A DNA stretch of 64,000 nucleotides from Minutocellus sp. GHC0000111 (Eukaryota), in assembly GCA_977018835.1 (NCBI GenBank), contig OZ361256.1:4340001-4404000 (forward strand), written 5' to 3'. Below, in pieces: positions 46,365-57,588 of this stretch; the stretch's first letter is position 1; every line of letters begins with the position of its first letter. The position numbers and the translations under genes are program-made. Under the pieces are notes generated by a model. The model was not told where the DNA came from and searched no databases. It was given only the letters and a program-made list of their open reading frames with translations.

Positions 46365-47507
46365 TCACAATGCTACACCATCAAGTGATACATTGTTTCC
46401 GTCGTTGCCTTTGCTGCCGTTGAGTTCGTTTAACATGCAGGGGGCATGCGAGCGGTGACACTGATCTAGCCCTCCATCGTCAACCGCCAATTGCAGCCAT
46501 TTTTTGGCCTGTTTGGCATCCTTTTCAATACCGTGCTGCCCAAGGAAGGCGTACTTTCCAATATGAAAGCAAGCAAGAGGCAAACCATCATTTGCTGCCG
46601 CAGCCAAATAAATGAGACCGCTAGCGACGTTTCTATTTGTGCCACATCCATTAACCTTCCAAGCTCCCACCACGGTCGTGGCACCAGTATCGCCTGCATC
46701 AGATGCCTTTACATACCACTCGAATGCGCGAGTATCACTTCGGGCGCAACGATGACTTCCATTTCGGTGAACTGTCGCGAGAAAAAGCATACCAGCTACG
46801 TCACCATTTAAGGCCTTCGCTTTTGCTTCAAATAGTTCCGCTGCATCGTGCCACTCACTCGCCATCGCTTCGTCCTTGGGCAGTTCATTCATGCCTTCTT
46901 TGTACCAATATTCAAGATTTCTTTCTGCTTCAAAATCACCATCTAGTGCCTTTTTCTCCGCCTCGGCAACAGTTCTCTTCATCAACATTCGCCGCTTCCA
47001 CGTTTCGGCAAGCTCACCATCATAGACTCCTGCCAGAATCCCACTGTTAGGGTTAGGGTTAGGGAGTACGGATAGAGCTGGAAATACCTCCTTTTTGATC
47101 CTCTGTTTTGTGCAAGGAGAAAGAACATGACTGCCCTGGTTTTTTTTATACTCCAAGATTACCTTCCTTTCGTATATCTTGCCCTGCAATAGTGATGTGT
47201 AAGTTGATGTTGCAATGTATTGAGCTTTTGAGATGCGTTGAACAAGAACTGCTTTGAAATGCTTAAGTTCGTTGATATCAAGACAGCAATGAACAATTGA
47301 TTAAAAAACTTACGTCCGATGCGATGAAGGGTCAATTGGAAGGTTGTGGCATTCGTATTCCTCTGCCATGGTCTTGCAATTTGAACGCTTTACTCGCTTA
47401 AATGAAGCTGAATCATCATTCACATTGGAGTCCTCGTCTTCATTTGCAGACGCCATTTGCCTCTTGCCCTTTCCGCTGCCATCACCAGCTCCGAATTCTT
47501 CGCTCAT
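46365..47507 (-). pseudogene. U-box plus Sel1-repeat protein (copy 2); intron 47184-47313
   Basis: Paralog of copy 1. Exon 1 has a 9-nt deletion and a 1-nt deletion before the donor site. Confidence 0.8.
47047..47064 (+). repeat. Interstitial telomeric repeat (TTAGGG)3
   Basis: Read directly; encodes PNPNPN on the minus strand. Confidence 0.85.
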
Positions 47508-47698
47508 GATGCCTTCAATGATACAGGAGATATACTGCACGAAATGCAATCTGATATTGGAACCAGACGAAAAGTAATGACTGAGATTGCTCTCTTGTAA
47601 CTTTGAACGGCCATGCAAATCGTTGTTGCATAGTGTGATTGTTCCACGGTAAACATTCAGAGTATCCATTGCGCAGAAATTGCATAAATGTATGTGCT

Positions 47699-48673
47699 TT
47701 ACAATCCCAACGTCATCTCCAAACTCGCCAAACGGAAGCCCTGTTCCCTCCTCCGCAACGCGACATCTCTTGGCACCTCCTCATCACTATCATTTTTCTC
47801 ATCCAATTCAAATATTTTGCGCAACGCGGCCAATTCTCCTTCATTGTCCATTTTGGCCTTGCACACTTCGGCCATCACCTCGAGCGATTCAATGTCGTTC
47901 GATCGAGTGATATCGCATGCCTTTTGCGCCGCCTCGAGCGCCCCATCTCGATCAAAGGTGGCCAGCTTGGATGTCGCCAGTTGTCGGTAGCAATCGACGA
48001 CCCAGTCAATGTTTGGTGGAAGCATAAAATCAGCACTATCGTCCGGCATCATTGTCAATAGTACCGTATCAGCGGCGATATCGATAGCCTGCTGATACAA
48101 CTCTCCAGTCTCGGCGGTGTGCCGTCGCTTCAACTTGACCATATCGTTGGCCTGCTCGTACAGCTCATATCCTTTAATGACATTTTCACTTATCTCAAAA
48201 GTACCTCCGCCATCTCCATCACCTTCACCTATGCCACCACCACCCTCCAACAGCTTGATCAGAGCCTCGTCCTTGATCCACTTGTGGACCACCCGCACGT
48301 CGGCGGTGGTGCTGGCATCGGACCCATCCTCGTTGCGCTCGATCGCACCGCTGGTCTCGATGACCACCGGACCGGAACCACACGCCGACGCACATCTGCC
48401 CTCTTTTACGATGATTCCGGCGCTGCTTGGAGACTGCGCTTTGGCGCCATTTTCATTGTTATTGCTATTGGTTGCGGCATCGCTCGATGAGGAAGAGGGT
48501 GAAGGTGGAGGTGGGGCCAGAGCCCTCAGCTTGGCCAGTGTGCTCCGCGCACCGTCGGCGACGCATCCTGGGCTGGTGCAGACTTCCAATCGACGGCATG
48601 ACGGGCGATTCAGCGGCTCTGATGACAATAGTGCCGATGTGACCAGCGGCAGGGACGGTAGGAAGGGTGCCAT
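47699..48673 (-). CDS. Thioredoxin-like [2Fe-2S] ferredoxin domain plus TPR-like helices
   Basis: VCTSPGC...GRCASACGSGPVV and a helical C-terminus. Confidence 0.65.
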   Translation of the reverse strand: MAPFLPSLPLVTSALLSSEPLNRPSCRRLEVCTSPGCVADGARSTLAKLRALAPPPPSPSSSSSDAATNSNNNENGAKAQSPSSAGIIVKEGRCASACGSGPVVIETSGAIERNEDGSDASTTADVRVVHKWIKDEALIKLLEGGGGIGEGDGDGGGTFEISENVIKGYELYEQANDMVKLKRRHTAETGELYQQAIDIAADTVLLTMMPDDSADFMLPPNIDWVVDCYRQLATSKLATFDRDGALEAAQKACDITRSNDIESLEVMAEVCKAKMDNEGELAALRKIFELDEKNDSDEEVPRDVALRRREQGFRLASLEMTLGL

Positions 48674-49222
48674 CGCAGGAATAATGTCGCTCTTGTCTTC
48701 CAACCCGCTCGCTACTTTGCTACTTGGCGGTTCGCGCGCAATTATTTTTCTGTTCTTCTTTTGAGAAATAAGTCGAAAGAAGTTGTACAAGCCACACCTA
48801 CTGGTCTACTACGTAGTAATGGAATGCTTGAGTGCGTGATTCGCTTCAGTGCTGAATTCAATCTGCATGCAATAGACGAGGGTGGCCGTCACGCACGTTG
48901 GCTTGGATCATCGTCGGCGCGGCATTGAAGTTTTGACCTTGGACTTTCTCTTACGAAGGTCATTGGGAGCACGTTAATTAATTCCGGCACTTGCTATGCA
49001 TGACACAAGATGCCGGTGCCGGTGCCGTATCTACTGCTTGGCCTTGCTCCTGCCTTCCATTGGCTTGTAGATACCAACCCACCATACTGCCATATATATC
49101 ACTCCGACAATCATTCTTAGCTTGGTATCTTTGCCGTTGTATCCTCGGCATTTTATTTTTCAGACACGTGCTGCTGGAATTCACCGGTCATTTCACGATC
49201 GATCGAACCACCTCCCCCCATC

Positions 49223-51665
49223 ATGGAAAACAACCAAGACGACGACATGGCCGATAACGATAACAACGGTGGTGGAAATGGCAACAATAATAACAACGGG
49301 GAGGCGCCCGCACTGTTAGTTCCGCCGTTGGGGGCACTGCACGTCCCGCCTATGATGGAACCCGCCGCGGCCCATCTCATGGCGGTCGTCGACGGCCATC
49401 ACGGCAACGTCCACAATGGACATGCTCAGCCTGCCGCAGCCGCCGCAAATCACAACAATGCAAATGGCAACGCAAATAACAACCAAAACGTCAACCAGAA
49501 TCAAAACATGACCGCCGAAGAATCTGCGGCAGCCGCCGTGGCAGCCGTAATTGCCGCGTACGAAATTGCTCCCGACCCACCGCAAACCGCCGAGGAGGAA
49601 CGTCTCTCGGCCCTCCGCCAGAGACATTATCGCAATCGTCAAACGCTCGGCGCGGTGCTGTCCCAAATCAACAGCGGACGGTGGGAGGATCTGAGGAGGA
49701 TATTGGCCGAAAGTGAGGTGGAGGATCGCAACCAAATCTTTGGGGTGGACAATTTGGGACATTATGTGGCCCCGTTGCCGTTTACGGTGGAGATGAATCG
49801 ACGCAGGAGGACTGCAAATTTTGACGAGGACGACGAGGAGGGGGAAGACGATGATAACGACCACGATGGTGCCATTGATGTAGAAGAGCACAACAGCGAC
49901 ACAAACATCAACAGCAATCGCAGTCACGAACCCAACGCCGCGGTGATCGCGGCGGCCACCACGGCCTCGCGGACGCACGCCATCGACGCCAACGTCTTCC
50001 AGGCGTGCTGCATGTCGGGCAGAAACGTTCCCGTCGACATCCTGGAGCAAATTGTGGCAATCAACGAGGGCAAAGCGCTGACGGCCGCGACCAAGCCACC
50101 GGTGAGCTACCGGCAGAGGTATCGGCCGCATGCAGGTGGTGCAGGAGGAGGTGGACTCAGTCGATTCATGCACGGGGAGATGATCCGCAGGGAACCGATT
50201 GACATTGCCTGCGTCAATGGTCATGCCGGTGTGCTGAAATTTATTCTTGATGAGGTTGGACGTAGTGGCAATGGAAGCGACGGCGGTAGTGGAAAGAAGA
50301 ATGGAACCAAAACTTCAACAACAATGACACCACAGCAACCGGGCCTTGGCCGGTGGGGAGGATCCAGAATTTGACATTAGCCTGCTAGACGCGTGCTTCG
50401 TCCGGCAGCTCATGCCGCATGCCTTTACGGGGATGGCATCCGGCGCTACGCAGCACGGCGCTGCGAACAATCCGGACGCCAACTTGGAATTTATACGATA
50501 TAATTTGCAGGATGTGCTGACGTCGTTGCGACAGATAAAGACAGAGGAGGATATGAGCGCCCCATTGGCCAACTCATGGTCCAAGGCGAAGATGATGATG
50601 GACGCCCTGTTTTGCAATCCGGCCAAGGGCCGGCCATTCCCATATCCGGCACTGCACAAGCTATTCTCGAGAGAGTACGATTCCAACATTTTGAGTGTGA
50701 TACCGTGGTTGATACTCCAACTTTACCCCGACCAGGCCAAGACCGTCGATGCCAATGGAAACCTACCCCTGCATTGCTTCTGTCAGAACGATGCCGGTCG
50801 GAAGCTGTATCAGTTCGAGATGACTCCCGGGACGGAGTAGCTCCTCACAAGTGAGGCGAGGGAGATGCTGCAGACCATTGCACCGAACACCATGCTATCC
50901 ACGATAATTCGATCCTACCCGGAAGCTGCTCTCAAGAAGAATCGGAGGGGACGACTGCCGCTCCACGAGGCCAGCGACAATAAGTGGTTCGATTACGAGG
51001 ACATTGAGCGCTTGGCCAAGGCCGATCCCGAAGCTCTCGACGTTCCCGACCCCGTTACGGGTCTGTATCCGTTCATGATGGCTGCATCGCACCCTCCAGT
51101 GCACAAGACGGGGTATGACGACGTTACCAAGATATTCATCCTGTTGCGCGAAAGCCCCGAGAATGCAAGGAGATTTGACAACAAGACGAATGGCGGTAAA
51201 CCGGTGGAAAATCGAAAGGTTGCGAAGCCCGGTGAAAGGGTCGCAAATGGAAGGTATGCCCCTGCAACGAAACAAGGCAATCGAAAAAGGAGTAGCAGTA
51301 GCAAGAAACGCTTCGTTGACGATGATTTTCTAAGCGGTAGCAGTGAAGATGAAGATGGCGACTACAACATGTATGATGCCCGGCAACCAACGAAGAGATC
51401 GTCTGCTGGAGGAATGGGAGAAGATCTTCCTCAAACAAGAAGTCGGGTGCTTCATCTTCTTCTTCGGCAGTTTCGAGCAAAGGCCCTCGTTCATCGGACA
51501 AGCCGACAAGGAGAAGTTCCTCGTCGAAAAATGGTGGAAAGAAGCATACTTCACTCTCTTGGAACGACGACGAAGATGATCTCATGGATGATCGAGACGA
51601 GCTGTTTTGAATTGTTTGCTAGGGAGCTGGATGAATTATTTCGCATAAGGTGGAGGCCAACATGA
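49223..51665 (+). pseudogene. Ankyrin-like repeat protein, disrupted
   Basis: PIDIACVNGH, DANGNLPLH, GRLPLHEA and DPVTGLYPFMMAA motifs. Frameshift ~50340 and in-frame TAG at 50838-50840. Confidence 0.7.
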
Positions 51666-54033
51666 GATGGCGGACCTTTTCATCATCTCTAGCTAGCTAG
51701 TATTCAGATACGATCGTATGTGCCCTGTGCCATTGCGATGAATCGGCACGGCGTCGTACAGTCTACTGGATACGTACATTTAGTAGCCAAAGAAATTGTT
51801 CGTTGAAGATCTTTCTAAATAAATCCCTAATATTAATTCTAGTATATATCTATCTGAGAACAATTCTTGCTTAGTGCGTTTTTGGCGTGTAATTGTCATG
51901 AATCTTCGATCTTTACCAATTGCACTGAGGCGGCAGGTCATCGGCCTCCTCTGCAACGACGAGCTTGGAGTCTACGACACTTTTCCTTCTGAAATTGATT
52001 TGCCTTCGACATCAATTGGGCATCACCTTTGTTGTGATGATCAATTTCATCGATCACCGAAAGAATATGTTGAAAATAAATTTGAGGGAACACTTCGACC
52101 GACGCTGCAGAGTTGCCCTCAGATTTAGTGTTGCAGGTCTGCTCTCCGAAGCAGGGTGTGCAGGAAGGTAGAACCATGGAATGCGTTTTTGCTGTTGGCT
52201 GGGAGGAGCTGGATGTATTTGTGTAGTAAAAATGTGTGGCCCTAGAATGAGATTGTGGACGCATCATTTGCATCAGTTTGGCCCTGGAATGCTTGGGATG
52301 TTCGCATTATTTCTTCGAGGCCGCGATAACGGCCATGCATGAGTCCCCGGAGGAATTGCCCCGGAGTAAAATAGAGCCACTCCGCGCCCAAGGGCTTTGG
52401 CTTTGTGCACGCCGGTAAGCAGTGTTTCGAGGCCGTTTTCAGCCTACTAGCCTACTTTTTTCTGACACGTGAGCTGCAAATCAGAGCGAGCGGCGCGGCG
52501 TGGTTGTGTGTCTTAGGCCGAAAGGGTACCTTCGGGGGCAAGGCCTCAAGCGCCATTGCGCCTTGATGCGTAGCTAGAGGCCAAGTCAGCTGAACGAGCA
52601 CTTTGTGTGGGATGGACCTGACGTGTACATTGATGAACGAGGCGAACATGTATGATTAGGCTGGAAAGAAAACGCCTGCACAGGCGACGATGCGTGTACT
52701 ATTAGTCTTGCTACTAGAAGAGGCCATTAGGCCATCTTCTTGGACGAGAGTGGTGCCTCTCGGCAAAACAAAGAAGAACGCCGAACAGCAAAGAAAAGAA
52801 AGGCGCTCGCTTCGAAGCCATTCCAACTCACGTTTGGTGGCGCAGTCGCAAAATCTGAATGAATATCTCATCGAGGCAAACGAATACCAAAGAAGCAACT
52901 TTTACCAAGCTATCTCATTACTCAACTCATCTGTAGTCTCCATTTTGACTTCACATTGACTCAGCTCATCTGTAGCCTCCATTCGAAGAATGACCGATTC
53001 ACGTCCATCCTACTTTGGGAAGCTTCACGACAACTCCCCTCGTCCGCATGCAGCTGCGATATCCGTCGAGGTATCTCCCCTTCTGCACTTTCGGGACTTA
53101 CTCACAGTGCTTGGTGACATAGACGATATTGAAGAAAATGATGATGAGTGCACGGATGTATTGGATAGAATCGAAGGACGCATGATGGACAAGCACATCA
53201 GGGCCGGGAGACTTCGGAAGATAACTGTGTCCACGAGAGAAGAGATTGACGAAGAAGGCCGAACAGTAGGCACGTCACGCACTCGCAGTGTCTTTTCTTT
53301 CCTCACACCTCCTCGTTGACACATTTTGTACGAATATAATTGATCTCTCTTTTGATATGATCCAATGAGATCATGCATGTACATGCATATTATACACACA
53401 TGTGATGTGCGCACTTTCAACCTAACAGTACAGAGAAAGGATTTTAAAATTACTAAGCAGAGATTGCTGTTGAGATAAACCAGATCTACCATTCTACTAA
53501 GACGCGTGTCCAGTCTGCTTGTCTTCTTCAAACGTAGTAAGAATATATATATTACAAATCAGCAAAGAATGTCACTAGTAGGCGAGTTAAAAAATCGTTG
53601 GAACGAATCCCAACGGTCATATATATACTGGCATTCTCGGCAAGTGTCAGAATGGTAACTGCCGGTGTTGGCTCATGCACAATGATTATGTACTGGTAGA
53701 TCTATCTACAATACAAGTCAAGTTGCACTGTGCATCATATCTTGAATTTGCAAGCTACATGTACTGGTACAGTAGCAACATGATGCCGGCATAGCACAGA
53801 TGCATGTACAGTTCATGACTTATATTTGCCAGAAGCAGCTAGCTAGATATTATTATTTATTCACTATATGTATTTAGTATCAGCTAATGCCAATTTATTG
53901 AGTATCAGCTCCGGCACTAATGTCGTCTGGACGTCTGGACCAGGTTTGGGCTGTGTTGCTTCACTATGAAAAAATGAAGCGAGGAGAAGCAAAGGCGATA
54001 TCATCCATGCTAAATATTCATTATTTCTCGATT

Positions 54034-54162
54034 GATCCCAGTTTGCAAACTGAGATTGTGCCTATGATCCCAGTTTCCAAACTGGGATAAATAAATCCTA
54101 GTTCGCAAACTGGGATCCCAGTTCGCGAACTGGGACAGTGCGCATTTTGGGACTAACATATA
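54034..54162. repeat. Four palindromic cccagtt-N4-aactggg units, probable DNA-transposon end
   Basis: Units start near 54034, 54066, 54095 and 54117, followed by gggactaacatata. Confidence 0.6.
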
Positions 54163-54475
54163 TACTAGTACCGCTTACATGTATGTATGACAATTTTCTA
54201 GACGTTTATAGGATCGACATAATCAGGCAATGAGAAGTGAAGAAAGTAGAACGAGCAAAGACAACGCTTACATGTACATGTATTAATTTTATATATGTAG
54301 GAGGGTATCGCATAAGAGTGTGTCTAAAGGTAGCAGATCTTGGCGAGCTAGGATTTTGGCTATGCGCATACAAATGTATATGTATGTGCTTAGAGAAAAT
54401 GCTTCCATGCATTTTACTTTCCAAACAATATTTGAATACATTATCGATATCGCCAAGGTGTATGGCGATGACTTA

Positions 54476-54663
54476 CAGTCCGTCCCCACCTACAAGGATA
54501 TTTTTTATCCTTAGGGTAAGCTTGGAATTTGGGACATATTCCTTATTCTTCTATGCATTGGACAAGCATTTCTTATTGATTGGTATAAAAATTCCTTATT
54601 CGAATTAAGGATATTCCAAGCTTACCTCTCCAAAAAAATATCCTTATAGGTGGGGACGGACTG
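54476..54663. mobile_element. MITE, Tc1/mariner-like, TA target duplication
   Basis: TIR cagtccgtccccaccta(c/t)aaggatatttttt...ggtaagcttggaat at both ends; TA on both flanks. Confidence 0.92.
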
Positions 54664-55627
54664 TAATCTCCCCATCCGGCATCCCAAAGCATCTCCCAAA
54701 TGCCCCTCCTGTACTGCCGCTTCGGCCGATTCAAGGGAGCATCACATGCCAGCATCTCCCGAGCTTGCCGTCGGATATCACCATGGGGACTCGTCGCCAA
54801 TTCTCTGTAGATATCGGTAGCTGCATCCTCTTCTCCATTGGCGTCCAACGCCTGAGCCAGCTCCAGGTAGGCTCGTCCGCCCAGCTTGGTGTTGTACTGC
54901 AGATGCGGTCGGACCGCATCGAGTATTCGAATGGCCTCGGAGGCCGAGGAGGCACGTTTGGCTGACCGGGTGGCTTCCTCGATCTGTGCTCCGTACTTGC
55001 GTTCCTCTTCCTTGTTGATGCCGCGACTTTCGTGATATCGTTCCAGTAACTCCTCTGTGCTTAAATTAGCGTCGTTGCCACCTTTTGTTGAGGTCGGTGT
55101 AGACTGGCCTGCGCTTACTTGCACCGCTCTATCCTTAGCCTGCTCCCCTACATTCGTCTTGGACGCTGCCTTGGCCGCGTCGAATCGATCCCAATACATG
55201 GTCAGTTCGTCCTCCTCTTCCTCTTCGAGCCAATCGGCCGCTGCCATGGCCAAGCGAGATTTCGGCTTCTTTGTGGTAGGAGTCGTAGCGAGTTCTATTG
55301 ACGACTCATTGAGCGCCTGTGCGCATGCGTCATCGGCATCTGCCCCCTTGCCTGCACTTGTATTGTCGTCGTGAAGTTTGCTATGCGATATCCAAAAAGC
55401 AATTTAATGCAACAGATTCGAAAGCACGCCCCAGGACTCGAGGATGAACTGCTAGACCACCTCCTTCGTGAGTTGCTTGCTGCTGTTGATGTTGTGCGAT
55501 ACCGGTAGCAGTCCCGGCCTCGGCCTCGGCCTCGGCAATGCACAGGAGGCTCTATGGCACATCTTGGGCATGCAAAGAGTGCGCTGGAGACGATGAATGC
55601 CGTCGTTGCTATCGGCGGTGGTACCAT
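54573..55627 (-). CDS. Hypothetical TPR-like helical protein; 5' part frameshifted, C-terminus extended by the MITE
   Basis: ORF 54573-55253 (GGRAYLELAQALDA..A..IY). Signal-like N-terminus in ORF 55295-55627. Confidence 0.55.
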
Positions 55628-55763
55628 CTTAGTGGAGCTGCAGCCGCAACGAGAAGAATGATGAATCAGGGGCAGATCGTTACATTCCCGGAAAAACGAA
55701 TAAGGGGGATCAACCGCCAGCGGCGATGATCACATTACAAGGTACCTAGCTAGCTAGGTAGTA

Positions 55764-57536
55764 TTGGGATACTGGCTGCGCCATCCCACCATCCATAACA
55801 ACAACGACATCTTGTTCCTCTGCACTATTGCTGTTGTTTGCCATTCCATAATGAGGAGCTTTCCGCTGCTCCAAGAAAGCGGCACGAGATGTGCCGCCGC
55901 ATCTGCAGAAACGAGCACGAGCCGAAAACGGTGTTCGGTGAAGGACGTTCGTCATTCCTGCGTCTCGGCGAGGCCAAGAAGTGCTGGTACCGCTGTAGGC
56001 AGATCGGTTACGATGATTCTAATGGTGATGTTGGTGGCTGGGCGTGGCGTGGAGGCTTTTTCCGACATTGCATCTCGGGCAGTGCTCGTTACGTCGTCGC
56101 TCAATAACAATGCTGGTCGTTTTGCAGATTCTTCGGCGATGCCAAAGCTCGATGTGACGAAGCAAAGTCCAAAGTCTACCGCCACCAACTCCATGCTATT
56201 TGCGTCTTCTTTGCAGCCTTCCCCAAATGGTGAACCCCCCATCAGAAGCACACGCGCAGCTCGTATCTTTGCGTCTCTATTCGCACACCTGCAAGAGTTC
56301 CAATCGTCCCTTGGCAAGCATACCAAGACGGCACGGCGCATCCTTGCCGTTTTGCTACTGGCCACGGCCGTATTCCTCGGGGGAGCGGTCGATCCAGCCC
56401 TGGCCGGTCGTTCCGGTGGACGGGCCGGTGGATCTTTTGGTAGAAGCTACCGTGCCCCGCCCATGTCCCGGCCGATGCACCGTCCCGGATCCATGGGGGG
56501 TGGCATGAGGTCCAGCCCCATGCTCCACCCCGGCATGTATCGGCGTCATCCGGCCATTTACTTTATGCCCCGGCCGGGATATTACAACAATCGCGGATTG
56601 GGGGGTTCGGGTGCTGCCGTTGCCGATGCACCGACGACCAACAAGGAGGGTGGAGCAGAGGCAGCTGCCAATCCCAACGGAGAAGCAGGTTCGGATTCTG
56701 AGGGTGGCGGAGAAGTCATTGAAATGAAGGAGCTCATGACCCAGAATGGCGAACGAATCTCGCCCAACAGCATGAGCAACCGACGAGGCACCAAAGTGAT
56801 TGATCCACTCACGTACTATGCGGCACTGACTGGTGTCTACGGATTGATTGTGTACAAGGCCAACCGGTCCAGGAACTCCAACGGCGATGCCGCCAATGGT
56901 GTGGCCAGTGCCCTTGGACCGGGCATATCGGTGGGAAGTCTGACCCTATCGCTGGACATTTCCGACCGGGACGACCCCAACAATGCTCTCGCGAGAATTG
57001 GCAACATTGCCAAGAAGGCCAACACCCGAACGCGCAAGGGCGTGCAAAGTTTGGTTTCCGATGTTGCCCTGGAACTGTTGCGGCAGGAGGCCTCCGTATC
57101 GTCTGCCTCCTCGTCCTATGTCCACCTTTCTAGTGAAGGTGCCGCCGAACGCACTTACTACCAGCTGTCCACCGTCGAGCGGAGCAAGTTTGACCGAGAA
57201 TCCATCAACAAATTCGGCGGAAAGAAGGGTCTCGAGGAGGAGATTTTGGAAGATGCCGATAACGTCGGTAGGGTCAGTGGTGAGGTTCCTCCAAACAAGG
57301 CAACTTCGGCCGTCGTTACCATCATTTACCAGATTGAAGGCGATCAGACCAAGATACCAACTATAACATCTCGATCGGACCTCAAGAATACATTGCTGCG
57401 TATCGCTGCCGATGCGCAGACAGAGGAGTGTTTGCTTGGTGCCGAGGTGCTTTGGACTCCCGAGCGACGAGGTGATAGCATGACGGAGCAGGAGGTGGTG
57501 TCGCTCTACCCAGAGCTCAGAATTTGTAGATATTGA
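55764..57536 (+). CDS. DUF1517 / FLAP1-like (fluctuating-light acclimation) protein
   Basis: ALAGRSGGRAGGSF, VALELLRQ, ERSKFDRES and AEVLWTPE motifs. True start is probably downstream. Confidence 0.85.
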   Translation: MGYWLRHPTIHNNNDILFLCTIAVVCHSIMRSFPLLQESGTRCAAASAETSTSRKRCSVKDVRHSCVSARPRSAGTAVGRSVTMILMVMLVAGRGVEAFSDIASRAVLVTSSLNNNAGRFADSSAMPKLDVTKQSPKSTATNSMLFASSLQPSPNGEPPIRSTRAARIFASLFAHLQEFQSSLGKHTKTARRILAVLLLATAVFLGGAVDPALAGRSGGRAGGSFGRSYRAPPMSRPMHRPGSMGGGMRSSPMLHPGMYRRHPAIYFMPRPGYYNNRGLGGSGAAVADAPTTNKEGGAEAAANPNGEAGSDSEGGGEVIEMKELMTQNGERISPNSMSNRRGTKVIDPLTYYAALTGVYGLIVYKANRSRNSNGDAANGVASALGPGISVGSLTLSLDISDRDDPNNALARIGNIAKKANTRTRKGVQSLVSDVALELLRQEASVSSASSSYVHLSSEGAAERTYYQLSTVERSKFDRESINKFGGKKGLEEEILEDADNVGRVSGEVPPNKATSAVVTIIYQIEGDQTKIPTITSRSDLKNTLLRIAADAQTEECLLGAEVLWTPERRGDSMTEQEVVSLYPELRICRY

Positions 57537-57588
57537 CTAACTTGATAGAGATTCCCATCATTTCTCATGATTATAATGCTACGTAAAT

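Noticed and set aside
52690..53319. Short ORFs and a ~24-bp direct repeat near 52921-52983
   Set aside because: Too short and featureless to support a call.
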